A stretch of DNA of 64,000 nucleotides from Longimicrobiales bacterium (lineage in GTDB: Bacteria > Gemmatimonadota > Gemmatimonadetes > Longimicrobiales > Gaopeijiaceae). The stretch covers positions 352,001 through 416,000 of the forward strand of contig CBDFMQ010000002.1 in assembly GCA_965249725.1 (NCBI GenBank), written 5' to 3'. Shown here piece after piece: positions 1 to 9,951 of the stretch; position 1 is the stretch's first letter, and each line of letters starts with the position of its first letter. A model generated the notes under the pieces. The model saw only the letters and a list, made by a program, of their open reading frames with translations. It ran no database searches and was not told the origin of the DNA. A program made the position numbers and the translations under genes.

Positions 1-815
1 CGCCACGCACCAGGATTTCGATTCCAGGTTCGTCCTTCTCTTGGCCGGATACGCTCTATCGGGCCCCCGGGGGCACGCCGAGCATGGCCGAATTGATCAT
101 CTACTTCTTCGACCCGGATACAACGACGGCCCGGACCGATGACTATGTGCTCATGCGCAAGGTGAACACCGCGTCGCCGGAGGTCCTCTCGAGGAATCTC
201 CTGAAGCAGGGCTCGACGCCGTTCTTCAGGTACTTCCGAGAGCGGACCTATACGAGTCAGAGCTCGGAGTTGGACAGCATTCCGGACGGCGACCTGCCGT
301 TGTTCCATTCAGAGAAGCTTCACGGGTCCGCCAACGATACCGCGAACAGCGCCAGAGCCGACAGTATTCGCGCCGTGCGGGTGAGCTTCCGTGCGACCAA
401 CGGGCATACGGGGGCCGATGAGAGATTCGCGGACGTGAGTCGGGTTATTGACCTGCCAAACGCCGGCTTCGGTATCGTCGGGACGTGCGGCGACGAGCCG
501 CTGCTCGGCAACGATCTCAACTTGCAGATCGTCACGCCGAGTGGTACGCCGATCGTGCGGCTCACCTGGAACCCGGCGGTCGACGAAACCTCAGGCGAGA
601 CCGACGTGATCCGGTATGTGATCTATCGTCGGGGCGTGCCCAACATCGGCGTGTGGGGAGATCCGATGCTGAGCATACCGGCCGGACAGGGCTCATACAC
701 ATACGACGATGCGACGGCTGAAGTCGACAGCACATATCAGTACGTGCACGCGGCACAGGACTGCACACCGTCCCTGTCGTCCTTCTCACTGACCCAACAG
801 ATCACCGTCAACTAG
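1..815 (+). CDS. Probable PilW-like minor pilin with C-terminal fibronectin-III-like domain (5' truncated by the window edge)
   Basis: Frame is open from position 3 to the TAG at 815. 'IRAVRVSFRA...SRVIDLPN' resembles PilW C-termini, followed by FN3-like 'VRLTWNPA...YVIYR...YTYDD...YQY'. It sits directly upstream of a PilX-like gene. The prepilin N-terminus is not visible. Confidence 0.55.
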   Translation, partial: PRTRISIPGSSFSWPDTLYRAPGGTPSMAELIIYFFDPDTTTARTDDYVLMRKVNTASPEVLSRNLLKQGSTPFFRYFRERTYTSQSSELDSIPDGDLPLFHSEKLHGSANDTANSARADSIRAVRVSFRATNGHTGADERFADVSRVIDLPNAGFGIVGTCGDEPLLGNDLNLQIVTPSGTPIVRLTWNPAVDETSGETDVIRYVIYRRGVPNIGVWGDPMLSIPAGQGSYTYDDATAEVDSTYQYVHAAQDCTPSLSSFSLTQQITVN

Positions 816-849
816 AGCACTCGAGTTGATTTTAAGAGGGGATAGAACC

Positions 850-2610
850 ATGAAGACAGACATCAGAATCTCGAATCTCGGCTCGAAGGATGGGTTCGCT
901 CTCGTCCTTACGATGCTGGTCGTGCTCGTCGTCGGTGCGTTGGTGACGGGAGCGGTCCTGGTTGGCGGCAACCACATTCTCGCCAATCGCTACTACGAGC
1001 GCAGCAACCAGCTCGATATCGTGGCCGACGGCGGGCTGGAGCTCGCTCGCGCCATGATCAACGGCAATCCCGCGCTGTATCCAGATAGCGCCTACAACAC
1101 CTTGGAGAACGGTGCCACGGTGACGGACGGAAACGGCGATGTTATTCCGGGCGTCAAGCGGTACCTCTACGCGGGGCCCACCGGTGTCACCTCCGGTCAG
1201 TACGGCATCTTCGGGAGCATCGTCTCCATCGTCACGGACGAGGGCGGCGGCCAGGTGGTCCGACGGTCACAGGTCTATCAGGAGAGCTTTGCCAAGTTCG
1301 CGTACTTCACCGACATCGAGCCGTCCAACATCTCGTTCGGTGGCGGCGACCAGATCTTCGGGCCGGTGCACACGAACTCGGATCTGAAGATCTACTCCTC
1401 GGGTGCGACCTTCCATAAAGAGGTGCGTACCGCCAAGCGGGTGCCTTCTCCGCAGAACGGCACGTTCAAGATGGGCTATGAGGAGTACGTGCCCGAGATC
1501 TCTATGCCGCAGACGGCTGATCTGACCAAAGTGGCGGCCCAGGCTGCCGCGGGTGGCACCTACTTCATCGGTGATACTCAGGGCGGCTACGCGCAGGCCA
1601 GCACCCGGATTCACTTCACCGCGATCGACCTGAACAACGATGGCGACGTAACCGATGACGACGAAGGCTTCTTCAAGGTCTATCGGTCCAACAACGAGGC
1701 CTGGGTGGTCGGGGCTTGGGACAACAACCTCACCAACAATACGAACTGCGGTGCACACTATGCCGGGAACCTGTTCGTCTCGGCGGCGGACCACCCCTAC
1801 GACCACGACGCCAACCCGGGCACGCCCGCCATCACGGCGATCACTGCCCTGACCTCCGGTACGAGGCGTTGCTACCTGGGTGGGGACTCGACGATCACCA
1901 ACGCCTTCGTCGCCAACGACGGCACCGGCACATGGCTGCCCTACACCGGCACGCAGGCTCCCGGTCTCGTGGGACGTCCCGATGCCGGCTTCCTCTTCCC
2001 GCTGGCCCGTAGGTACAATCCCACCTTCAAGGGTGTCATCGCCGTCAGCGGCAAGGTCGCACTCAGTGGTGTCCTCCGCGGGAAGGTGACGCTGTCCGCC
2101 ACCGACGACATCATCTTCGCCGACGACGTCCAGTACGCGACGAATCCGGGCGCGGGGTTGTGCCAGGACATGTTGGGGATCTTTTCGGGAGACGACGTGA
2201 TCGTGGCTGACAATCTGTTGAACGCTCCGCAGAGGCCGCAGAACGGCTGGAACCACCGCACGTACGACGACACGAGCAGCGAGTTCTTCGACGGTGTGGT
2301 CCTGGCCCTCGACATCTTCACGGTGCAGAACTACAACCAGGGCAGCCGGAACGACGAGAACTGCGAGGCCAAGGTCTGGGGCCGCGGCTGCCTCTACCTC
2401 ACGGGTGGTATCATCCAGAGGACTCGTGGAGCGGTCGGAACCGGAGCCGGCACAGGCTACGTGAAGCGTTACAGCTACGACAGCTGTGCCGCCGAAGAGC
2501 CGCCGCCGTACTTCCCGACCACGGGGCACTTCTCGAAGGGGCAGTACTACCAGGTCGACCCGGTAGGCTTCTCGGTGTCCTCCTACTACGAGCAGCTGAC
2601 GCCGAGCTGA
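850..2610 (+). CDS. Large PilX/GspK-type minor pilin (DUF4900-like globular domain)
   Basis: ATG at 850 after AAGAGGGG. Class III signal KDG|FALVLTMLVVLVV lacking Glu5, as in PilX. Motifs FAKFAYFTD, GPVHTN, LTGGIIQ..RGAVG, GYVKRYSYD, PPPYFP. Confidence 0.7.
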   Translation: MKTDIRISNLGSKDGFALVLTMLVVLVVGALVTGAVLVGGNHILANRYYERSNQLDIVADGGLELARAMINGNPALYPDSAYNTLENGATVTDGNGDVIPGVKRYLYAGPTGVTSGQYGIFGSIVSIVTDEGGGQVVRRSQVYQESFAKFAYFTDIEPSNISFGGGDQIFGPVHTNSDLKIYSSGATFHKEVRTAKRVPSPQNGTFKMGYEEYVPEISMPQTADLTKVAAQAAAGGTYFIGDTQGGYAQASTRIHFTAIDLNNDGDVTDDDEGFFKVYRSNNEAWVVGAWDNNLTNNTNCGAHYAGNLFVSAADHPYDHDANPGTPAITAITALTSGTRRCYLGGDSTITNAFVANDGTGTWLPYTGTQAPGLVGRPDAGFLFPLARRYNPTFKGVIAVSGKVALSGVLRGKVTLSATDDIIFADDVQYATNPGAGLCQDMLGIFSGDDVIVADNLLNAPQRPQNGWNHRTYDDTSSEFFDGVVLALDIFTVQNYNQGSRNDENCEAKVWGRGCLYLTGGIIQRTRGAVGTGAGTGYVKRYSYDSCAAEEPPPYFPTTGHFSKGQYYQVDPVGFSVSSYYEQLTPS

Positions 2611-2633
2611 CCCGAGTCGGCAGAGCTTCTCTG

Positions 2634-2697
2634 CAACGGCGCCGGGCGAGGGCGTGACCACCTTCGGGTGGCCACGACCCGCCCGGCGTTCGTCGTT
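2634..2697. terminator. Long GC hairpin with UUCG loop between convergent genes
   Basis: gccgggcg..cgtgaccacc-ttcg-ggtggccacg..cgcccggc lies between the stops at 2610 (+) and 2737 (-). Confidence 0.6.
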
Positions 2698-2736
2698 CTA
2701 GGCGCCCTCAGGCTGGACGCGTACAACGCCCCCTCG

Positions 2737-4446
2737 CTACCGTCCTCCCGGCAGCACCCTGAGGTCCTTCTTCGCTACCACCGACATGCCCGGAAAGCGC
2801 CAGCGTTCGGACTGCATCTCCGTGCCATTCCACTCGACAGCGATCTCGAGCCAGCGGTCCCGCGGAAGCCCACAAGCGGCGTAATATCCGTCGTTTCGTT
2901 CCACGGCCACCTGCGCCTCCATGTCCGTCCCCTGGAAGCCGCCGGCAAGGGCTCGCACCTCCTGCCAACGGATCAGGATGTTGGCTCCACGGGCCGGGGT
3001 CCCCGACGTGAGCAGTACGTGCCCCGCCATGATCCCGCCGCCTTCTCTCGGGTCATGCGGTCCGCAGATCTCCGTCAGGGCCGGGACGGCTCCAGGGAAC
3101 CGCAGACGAACCGTCGACACTTCGCCGGGAATGGACTCCGCATAGACGGTCGGCGAAGGGATGCCTAGCGGGTGGAGAGCCGGATTGGACACGCTGAGCA
3201 AGTAGTTGCCCTTGAGAAGTGAAGAAAACCGGAATCGTCCCTCTGCGTCGGTTGTGTCCTGCATAGTCTCGAGGAAGACGATGGCTCCTGAGACGGGGCC
3301 GACGCCTACCGAGTCCACTACGACCCCCTCCACGATCCCAGCCCGCGAGTCGAGGACGATCTCGTTCCGCGTGTTGCTGACGCGAACGATCAGGCCCCCC
3401 TCCTCCCTGATGCCCGTCAATTCGGTCCGCACCCCTCCGTTCCGCAGCCGGGTAAGGGCCAGGTGCGGCATGCGGATTGTCCATTCCTGGACGATCCACG
3501 TTCCGTTCGGCAGCCCCTCGAAGCTCACTCGGCCTCCCAGGCGATCTCGATTCGGCACATCGAGTTCCTCGTAATCGTAGTCGAGCCACTGGAGTTCGCC
3601 GTTGGTCGGATCGACCCACAAGGTGCCGCTGATCTCCGTGACCCCCCGGTCTTCGACCGGCTCGAAAACGAGCCCGATGAGCCCCTGCGATTCGTCCCCG
3701 CCCTCGGTCAGGCGCATGCAATGCGTGTCGAGGAAGGGATCTGACAGGAGCACGTCGGCGTCGGGAGCGTAGTAGACGCTGCCGTCGCCGTCCGGCCTGA
3801 CGAACCCTCGGCTCAGAAGATCGTCCACCGGGAGGCTCTTCCAGGGATTGGGCGTGAGTTGCCTGTCGACCCGGCTGTTTTCACTCAGGACCCGCGTGCC
3901 GCGAGCATCCAACTCCCGTTCGAAATGTCGGATGACGTACCGGTAGAGCCCCCGCCGGGTGGTCTGCGAGGTGGCTTCGAGGGCCTTTCGGGCTTCCTCC
4001 CACACCCTGGCCGTCGCTTGATTCGATCCGGGCCGCACCTCACATCGCCGACCGCTTTCGACGGTCAGGCCCTCCAGGACGATGGCTTCCACGGGGATCT
4101 CGAGGCGCCGCAGCACGGTTTGGTCCGCATTGACGGTGATCAGATCGGAGACAACGCTGGCATGGCCGATGCGGTCGGCCCGGAGTCGGTATGTACCGCC
4201 ACGCTGGAGGACGAAGCTGAACCGCCCGGCCGGGTCGGTCAGGCGCCAGGAGATCTGTCGATCGGCCTCGTCGAGCAAGACGACGGCGGCGCCGTCCACC
4301 GGGACCTCGCTGAGCTCCTCGACCAACGTGCCGCGAATGATCTGGGCCCGGAGGGACGGCCCGCGCAGGAAGAGGGCGACCAGGACGCTCGCAAGGAGGA
4401 ACACCCGGGTTCGTCGGAGTGAGTCGGTCATCGATCGGGTCTCCAT
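2737..4446 (-). CDS. Exported protein with carboxypeptidase-regulatory-like (transthyretin-like) domains
   Basis: Signal peptide ending LRA-Q. Repeated G.V.D...P..GA.V....TD..GRF.F....G.Y.L modules. Confidence 0.7.
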   Translation of the reverse strand: METRSMTDSLRRTRVFLLASVLVALFLRGPSLRAQIIRGTLVEELSEVPVDGAAVVLLDEADRQISWRLTDPAGRFSFVLQRGGTYRLRADRIGHASVVSDLITVNADQTVLRRLEIPVEAIVLEGLTVESGRRCEVRPGSNQATARVWEEARKALEATSQTTRRGLYRYVIRHFERELDARGTRVLSENSRVDRQLTPNPWKSLPVDDLLSRGFVRPDGDGSVYYAPDADVLLSDPFLDTHCMRLTEGGDESQGLIGLVFEPVEDRGVTEISGTLWVDPTNGELQWLDYDYEELDVPNRDRLGGRVSFEGLPNGTWIVQEWTIRMPHLALTRLRNGGVRTELTGIREEGGLIVRVSNTRNEIVLDSRAGIVEGVVVDSVGVGPVSGAIVFLETMQDTTDAEGRFRFSSLLKGNYLLSVSNPALHPLGIPSPTVYAESIPGEVSTVRLRFPGAVPALTEICGPHDPREGGGIMAGHVLLTSGTPARGANILIRWQEVRALAGGFQGTDMEAQVAVERNDGYYAACGLPRDRWLEIAVEWNGTEMQSERWRFPGMSVVAKKDLRVLPGGR

Positions 4447-4523
4447 CCCACTACCTCACGCCTCACGGATCGGAACGCTCGGTCCCCTACAAGGTAGCCA
4501 CCTCCGGGCTTTGTTGCGCCCGC

Positions 4524-4539
4524 TGGCATCGGCCTTGCA
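4524..4539 (+). promoter_or_regulatory. Sigma54 -24/-12 promoter candidate
   Basis: TGGCATCGGCCTTGCA: GG (4525-26), N10, GC (4537-38), about 95 nt upstream of the S9 peptidase start. Confidence 0.6.
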
Positions 4540-4632
4540 CAAAGGGACACCATCCGTCCGCCCCAGCCTATGGATTACCTGGAGGGGTGACGAATAGATT
4601 CACTCCCCCGCTACGCGAATGAGACGGAGACT

Positions 4633-6738
4633 ATGGTGAGTGCGATCCCGAAGAGTGGACTCGGCCTGACGGCGCTGATTGTGGCGCTCGGGGCATCGAC
4701 TCCGGTCGTCGGCCAGCAGCGCGGATTCCAGGCCGAGGACTACTACGACATCGTGACGGTATCCGACGTGGCCGTATCTCCTGTCGGGGATCTCGTCGCG
4801 TTCACGGTCACGCGTGTTCTGGAGGAGGAGAATCGGCGACAGAGAGAGGTCTGGATGCAGGCCCTCGAGAACGGCCGGCCGGACGGAGAGGCGTATTCGT
4901 TTACCGACCCCACCGAGGACTCCCACTCTCCCGTCTGGTCCTTTGACGGGTCGCTGCTCTCATTCACGTCGGAACGCGGAGAGGATGCGAACTCGACGTG
5001 GTTCGTCCGCGTCATGGCCCGCGGTGGGGAAGCGTTCCACATCGACGGCGTGCGCGGGGATCCCGTTTGGTCTCAGGATGGCCAGTGGATCGCCTATCTC
5101 GCGGAACCCGAGGACGCGTCGTCCGAGGAACAGGAGGGTTGGATCGCTCCAGATGCGCTCACGCGCACCCTGGATGCCGAGCGTTTCGATGGCAGGGTCA
5201 TCACCTCGGCCCGATACAAGCGTGACGGTACCCAGACGTTCCGGCCCCACCCGTCCGTGGAAGACCCCAACCAGCTGTACCTGGTGTCGGCGGAGGGCGG
5301 ATCGCCTCGTCGCTTGACCGAACTTCCTTTCGACAAGGCTGACGCGCGTTGGTCGGCGGACGGCCGGACGCTGTTCTTCACCGGGGACGAGCTGCAGGCC
5401 GACGAGAGCAACGAGGATTTGACTCAAGACATCTGGGTCGCTCGTGTGACCGATGGCTCGGTAACCCGGCTCACGGACAACCCGGGCTCCCAGACCTCCC
5501 CCGCACCGTCCCCCGACGGCGGGCGGCTGGCGTTCCAGTACGTGTCCGAGCGGGGCGCGCCTCAGGACCTCATGGTGGTGGATATCGGAGCCGGCGGCAG
5601 CTTCGAGGGTGTGCCGGTCAACCTGACGGTGGACTGGGATCTCGATCCGGGACCACCCGAGTGGACCGCGGACGGAACAGGCATCCTCTTCGAGGCGTCC
5701 ATCGCCGGCGACCGGCACCTTTTTCGGGTTCCCGCGTCCGGAGGCCCTGTCACGCAGGTGACCCGCGGCGAGCGGCGGCTCAGCAGCATCTCCCTCTCCG
5801 AACGTGGTCACATCATGGCCTATTCAGCCACGGACGCGGTTTCACCGACCGAGCTCTTCGTGGCGCGAGGTGACGGCACGGGCGAGCGGCAGGCCACCAC
5901 GCTCAACCAGGACTGGATGTCGGACGTGACGCTGGTAGCTCCCGAGCGACTCACCTGGACCGTAGGTGACGGCGTGCAGGTCGAAGGCTGGGTCGTAAAG
6001 CCGGTGAACTACCAGGCGGGGCGGAAATACCCACTGATCCTCAAGATCCATGGCGGGCCCCACGGCGCCTACGGCAACACGTTCTTCCCGACCTTCCACG
6101 TCTTGTCCGCGGCCGGCTTCTTCGTCCTCTACTCCAATCCGAGAGGATCGAGTGCCTACGGGCACGACTTCAAGTACGCCACGAGAGGCCAGTGGGGCGT
6201 GATGGACAGCGAGGACTTCCTATCGGGAGTGGATGCAGCGTTGGCCAAGTATCCCGACGCCGACGCGTCCCGGCTCGGGGTCTCCGGCGGGAGCTACGGC
6301 GGATTCATGACCAACTGGCTCACGGCGACGTCAGATCGGTTTCACGCCGCCGTGACCTCGCGCTCGATCGCCAATTGGGAGAGCTGGTGGGGTTCGTCCG
6401 ATGCTCAGGGGCTGACGCGCTACGAGTTCTACGGAGAGCCGTGGGAGCGGCGGGACCTCTATCGACGGCTGTCCCCCATCTCATACGTGGAGAACGTGAC
6501 GGCTCCGACGCTCATCATCCACAGCGAGAACGACTTCCGGACACCGATCGGCGATGGGGAGCAGTGGTTCATGGCCCTGAAGAAGTTGGACGTGCCGGTG
6601 GAGTTGGTGCGCTACCCGCGGTCGTCCCACGGGCTATCGAGAACGGGAGAGCCGTGGCTGTTGGTCGATCGCCTGGAGCGGCTTCAAAGCTGGTTCCGTC
6701 ATTGGCTTGTCGAGCGAGAGCCTGCCATCACGTTCTAG
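4633..6738 (+). CDS. Secreted S9 family (prolyl oligopeptidase/acylaminoacyl) peptidase
   Basis: Signal peptide, PD40-like propeller repeats (P.WS.DG), IHGGPH, NPRGS, nucleophile GGSYGG, ENDFRT and SSHGL. Confidence 0.92.
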   Translation: MVSAIPKSGLGLTALIVALGASTPVVGQQRGFQAEDYYDIVTVSDVAVSPVGDLVAFTVTRVLEEENRRQREVWMQALENGRPDGEAYSFTDPTEDSHSPVWSFDGSLLSFTSERGEDANSTWFVRVMARGGEAFHIDGVRGDPVWSQDGQWIAYLAEPEDASSEEQEGWIAPDALTRTLDAERFDGRVITSARYKRDGTQTFRPHPSVEDPNQLYLVSAEGGSPRRLTELPFDKADARWSADGRTLFFTGDELQADESNEDLTQDIWVARVTDGSVTRLTDNPGSQTSPAPSPDGGRLAFQYVSERGAPQDLMVVDIGAGGSFEGVPVNLTVDWDLDPGPPEWTADGTGILFEASIAGDRHLFRVPASGGPVTQVTRGERRLSSISLSERGHIMAYSATDAVSPTELFVARGDGTGERQATTLNQDWMSDVTLVAPERLTWTVGDGVQVEGWVVKPVNYQAGRKYPLILKIHGGPHGAYGNTFFPTFHVLSAAGFFVLYSNPRGSSAYGHDFKYATRGQWGVMDSEDFLSGVDAALAKYPDADASRLGVSGGSYGGFMTNWLTATSDRFHAAVTSRSIANWESWWGSSDAQGLTRYEFYGEPWERRDLYRRLSPISYVENVTAPTLIIHSENDFRTPIGDGEQWFMALKKLDVPVELVRYPRSSHGLSRTGEPWLLVDRLERLQSWFRHWLVEREPAITF

Positions 6739-7454
6739 CCCCCCGGCCTTCGGGCCCGGGTGGGGCCTGAACCGTGTGGGATGGGCCGCGCCTGGGGCCG
6801 CGCGTCGGTTCGACCCGGCGCGCGGTGCCGTACCTGTCTCAGTGACACGCCATCCCTCATGGCCCTCAACATCTCGCCTGCTGCGTCTCTGGCGAGGGCA
6901 CCTTCGCGTACGAGACGGCGAAGGGCGGTCGGTACCTCGAGCAATCCGTCCTCTCCCTGGGTCCGTGCCAGAGCCTCCTGCATGACTTCAATGGCTCTAC
7001 CGGCGGGAACCCCCGCCTCCACGAGGTCGCCCATGACCACCAACGCCATCGGGGTGCGTGCCCCCGCTTCCTGTCCGATAGATGTCAGGGCGTCGGACTC
7101 CACTCCGCGACGGAGCGCGTCGGCTCCAGCCACCACCCACGCCGCCTCGCTCGTACCGCCCAGGAATCCCTGGGCCTGCCGCATGCGACCGGAGTACTCA
7201 CGCAGGGCCGGCATGACACGAGCGGCCGGAACTCGTTTGGCGGCTCCCTCAAGCGCTTTGTCATACAGCGGCGTCGTCGGGATCCCGTTGCGGGCCGCTT
7301 CGGCGACGAGCGCTTGGATCTCGGCCGCAGCCTCAGGGGGATAGGCATCGCGGACTCGCTGGGCCTGATCCTGCCCCGAGAGTGTGCCGGCTGAGCTCGC
7401 GGCCACCATGGTCGCCAGCGTCAGGATTCTCACGGTCCTTTTATTGGACGTCAT
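6735..7454 (-). CDS. Exported alpha-helical hypothetical protein, last gene of the ECF operon
   Basis: Strong RBS (AGGAGGG) and signal peptide. Ala-rich helical body. 13-nt gap to the upstream gene. Confidence 0.7.
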   Translation of the reverse strand: MTSNKRTVRILTLATMVAASSAGTLSGQDQAQRVRDAYPPEAAAEIQALVAEAARNGIPTTPLYDKALEGAAKRVPAARVMPALREYSGRMRQAQGFLGGTSEAAWVVAGADALRRGVESDALTSIGQEAGARTPMALVVMGDLVEAGVPAGRAIEVMQEALARTQGEDGLLEVPTALRRLVREGALARDAAGEMLRAMRDGVSLRQVRHRAPGRTDARPQARPIPHGSGPTRARRPGG

Positions 7455-7467
7455 TTTAGTCCCTCCT

Positions 7468-8601
7468 TCACGGGACCACGATTGTAGCGTTCATCTGTCC
7501 CCAGTCATCACTGACCTGACCCGGGGCATCGGCCGGCACAAACCACTCTCCGTCCACCAGAAAGCCGAAGTGGTACGTGCCAGGCGTCAACGGAATCTCC
7601 AGAATCCAGGCACGGCCGTCGCGAGCCATTGCCTTTGGTTCCCAACTTGAAAAGTCGCCCAGAACCTCGACTCGCTGGGCGGCCTGGTTCTCGACACGGA
7701 AGAGGGCCGAGGCCCCTCCCGACATCTCCCCCAAGACCACGACCCGCTTCCCGGCGGTCGGTCCGAACCGCACGAGCCGGCGGCCGATCACGAGCCCTCC
7801 TTGTCCACCCGGCTCGCTTTGCACCAACGGATCGGGGTCGGTACGCCCCCCCACCAACTGGGCGAACCAGCTGGGACCGCCCACAGGTATCGTCAGGGCG
7901 ATGCTCCCGGTGGTTTCGACTCCCAGTGGTGTGTCCCAGATCCGCAGGATGGCATCGACCAACGAACCATTCGCGCCCATCGAGCGGATCTGGAATTCAC
8001 CCCTTTGATACGTCCCGCCCTCGGTCTCGAGCACGCCAAACGACACTGACGTGATCGCTCTACCAAGTCGCAGTTGCAGTTCGGGGCCGCCTCCGTAGTG
8101 CCAGAGGTCCTGGGTGAAGGACCTGACGTGATCGGTGGACCGAAACTAGATGGTCGAGGAGCCCTTGCCTCCCTCTCCGTACAGCACCAGAGCGGCTCGT
8201 CCAATGGGGAGGCGTACCTCAGGGCGAGTCGACACGGTGAGCGCCTCGTAGACGAACGGCTCACCTACGGCGAAGCCGTAGACCGAACCGGCCAGGCTGA
8301 ACTCCACCGGCCCGCCTACGCCCCTTGCGGCCTTCCCGCCCAAGACAAAGCTCCCCCAATCCCCACCGATGGAGTCGGTCGCCATGCCCCCGAAGACGCC
8401 GGCGAACACGCCGCTGCCCGAGGATGTCCAGCGATCGGCCTGAAGGCCGATCGTCAGGTAGGTCGAGGCGTCCAGGTTGGTACCCGAAGCCGCGAAGGCC
8501 CTCGAGCCACCGGCCTCCACGCGAACGTCTCCCCATTGGGCGGAGACCCCAGCGGGCCACAGCACCACCATCAGGAGAACGAGCCGGGTCATCATGGTCA
8601 C
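7468..8601 (-). pseudogene. Exported beta-rich protein with C-terminal glycogen-binding (CBM48/AMPK-CBM-like) domain, interrupted by an in-frame TAG
   Basis: ORFs 8146-8691 and 7468-8046 share one frame. Reading through TAG 8148-8146 gives ...KGSSTI*FRSTDHVRSFTQDLWHYGGGPELQLRLGRAITSVSFG... Signal peptide ends VSA-Q. C-terminal VLGDFSSW...LTPGTYHFGFLVDGEW...DDWG. GTG start overlaps the upstream TGA. Confidence 0.65.
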
Positions 8602-9212
8602 AGGGTCGACGGCGGTGCGACGGCCAGAAGCGCGTTGCGGTTGCCGAATCCGTCGTCGGAGTAACGTTGGGCCCTGGGATCCGTGACCCAATCCGTGCCG
8701 TCGATTACGAACATGTACTTGTGGAGGCCGGGGGTCACCGGGATGCGACCGGTCCAGATGCCGTCCTCGTCCGCGTCCTCCAGGACGAAGTCGCTCTCCC
8801 AGCCGCTGAAGTCGCCGGCAACCGCGACGGTCGTGGCTCCGGGCGCCTCGAGTGAGAACTCCACCAGGATCTGGGCGATGGCTACGGGGCCCGGGTCGGG
8901 CGTCACAGCCCCCCGCTCCGGCAGCAGCGCGACCACGGCCACAGCTGCGGCGGCCATGGCCAGGCTCGTCAACGGCGAGAGGCGGATGTTGCGGGGTCGG
9001 AGCAGCCAGTCGAAGACGCTCTCCTTGGGCGAAGCAGCTAGCGCGATCTCGCTCATGACCGCGTTCTCCATCCAGGGCGGCGCCTGTTTCGGCTCGCCGC
9101 TCTTCAACGCTCCCGTGAGCCGTTGCCAGGCCTCGGCCTCGGCCTTGGCTTCCGGGCTCAGATCGTCGAAGTCCCCTTCGCCGTCCAGGTATGTGTTCAG
9201 GTCAGTGCTCAT
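8598..9212 (-). CDS. Probable anti-sigma factor with one TM helix and an extracytoplasmic glycogen-binding domain
   Basis: ATGA overlap with the ECF sigma gene. N-terminal LNTYLDGE, TM LTSLAMAAAAVAVVALLP, CBM motif VAVAGDFSGW...PGLHKYMFVIDG..WVTDP...DDGFG..N. Confidence 0.75.
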   Translation of the reverse strand: MSTDLNTYLDGEGDFDDLSPEAKAEAEAWQRLTGALKSGEPKQAPPWMENAVMSEIALAASPKESVFDWLLRPRNIRLSPLTSLAMAAAAVAVVALLPERGAVTPDPGPVAIAQILVEFSLEAPGATTVAVAGDFSGWESDFVLEDADEDGIWTGRIPVTPGLHKYMFVIDGTDWVTDPRAQRYSDDGFGNRNALLAVAPPSTL

Positions 9213-9757
9213 CGGTACACCTTCAGTAGTGACTGGAGCTCCTCTCGGGCTCGCAGCACCCTCATTTTCAAGGCCGACTTCGAGGCCCCCAACAGGGTGG
9301 CCATCTCGTCGTACGATCGACCCTCGAGATGCTTCAAGACGAAGGCCTCCCGCTGCTCGGGGTTCAGCCGATCCAACGCCTGCTGAACCCGTTCTTTCAA
9401 CTCCTCTCGCTCCAAGTCCTCGTCCGGGCTCGACCGGTCGATGACCGTGGCCGACGCTCCCTCGATCGAGAGATCGCCTCTACGCGGACTCTTCAAGAAG
9501 TCCTTGCAGAGGTTGGCGGCGATCCGGAACAGCCACCCACCGACCCGTTCAGGGTCCCGACAGCGGTTCAGCTTCTGAAAACCGCTCACCAGGGTCTTCT
9601 GTACGATGTCGGCCGCGTCGTCCGCCCGACCCACCATCCGGAAGGCGTGCTTGAACAGAACATCCTGATACCTGCGAACGAGCACGCGGTACATCTCGTG
9701 CTGCCCGCCCAGGATCTCCCGGACCACCTCGCCGTCGCTGCGTTCTTCCGCTGACAT
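9209..9757 (-). CDS. ECF RNA polymerase sigma factor
   Basis: Region 2 DAADIVQKT...GGWLFRIAANLCKD and region 4 L.PEQREAFVLKHLEGRSYDEMA..LG.....KMRVLRAR. Likely ATG at 9757. Confidence 0.92.
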   Translation of the reverse strand: MSAEERSDGEVVREILGGQHEMYRVLVRRYQDVLFKHAFRMVGRADDAADIVQKTLVSGFQKLNRCRDPERVGGWLFRIAANLCKDFLKSPRRGDLSIEGASATVIDRSSPDEDLEREELKERVQQALDRLNPEQREAFVLKHLEGRSYDEMATLLGASKSALKMRVLRAREELQSLLKVYR

Positions 9758-9786
9758 TGAGGGAAAGGTACCGGGGCCCCATACGA

Positions 9787-9815
9787 TAGACGAGGAAAAC
9801 ATACCGGGGGTCACA
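9787..9815 (-). promoter_or_regulatory. ECF-type promoter TGTGACC-N16-CGTCTA upstream of the sigma gene
   Basis: Same -35/-10 boxes and spacing as at 11059-11087, 30 nt before the ATG. Confidence 0.7.
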
Positions 9816-9867
9816 TTCCCGGACGTTGTTGCGCGGAGAAGGGGACTCTGCGAGGCCCCACGGCGAA

Positions 9868-9897
9868 CGCCGGGGGGCTGGTCGTATCCCCCCGGCG
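9868..9897 (-). terminator. GC hairpin downstream of the lipoprotein gene
   Basis: cgccgggggg-N10-ccccccggcg, a 10-bp stem with only a weak U tail. Confidence 0.45.
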
Positions 9898-9951
9898 CTG
9901 CCCGTGTCGGTCTTGATTCCACGACACGTTGGTCTCCCTCTACTCCGGGGT

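Noticed and set aside
1267..2661. Long antisense ORFs (also 9826-11061, 20343-21422, 26111-27148, 46057-47370)
   Set aside because: Shadow frames of well-supported genes in high-GC DNA, with no recognisable motifs.
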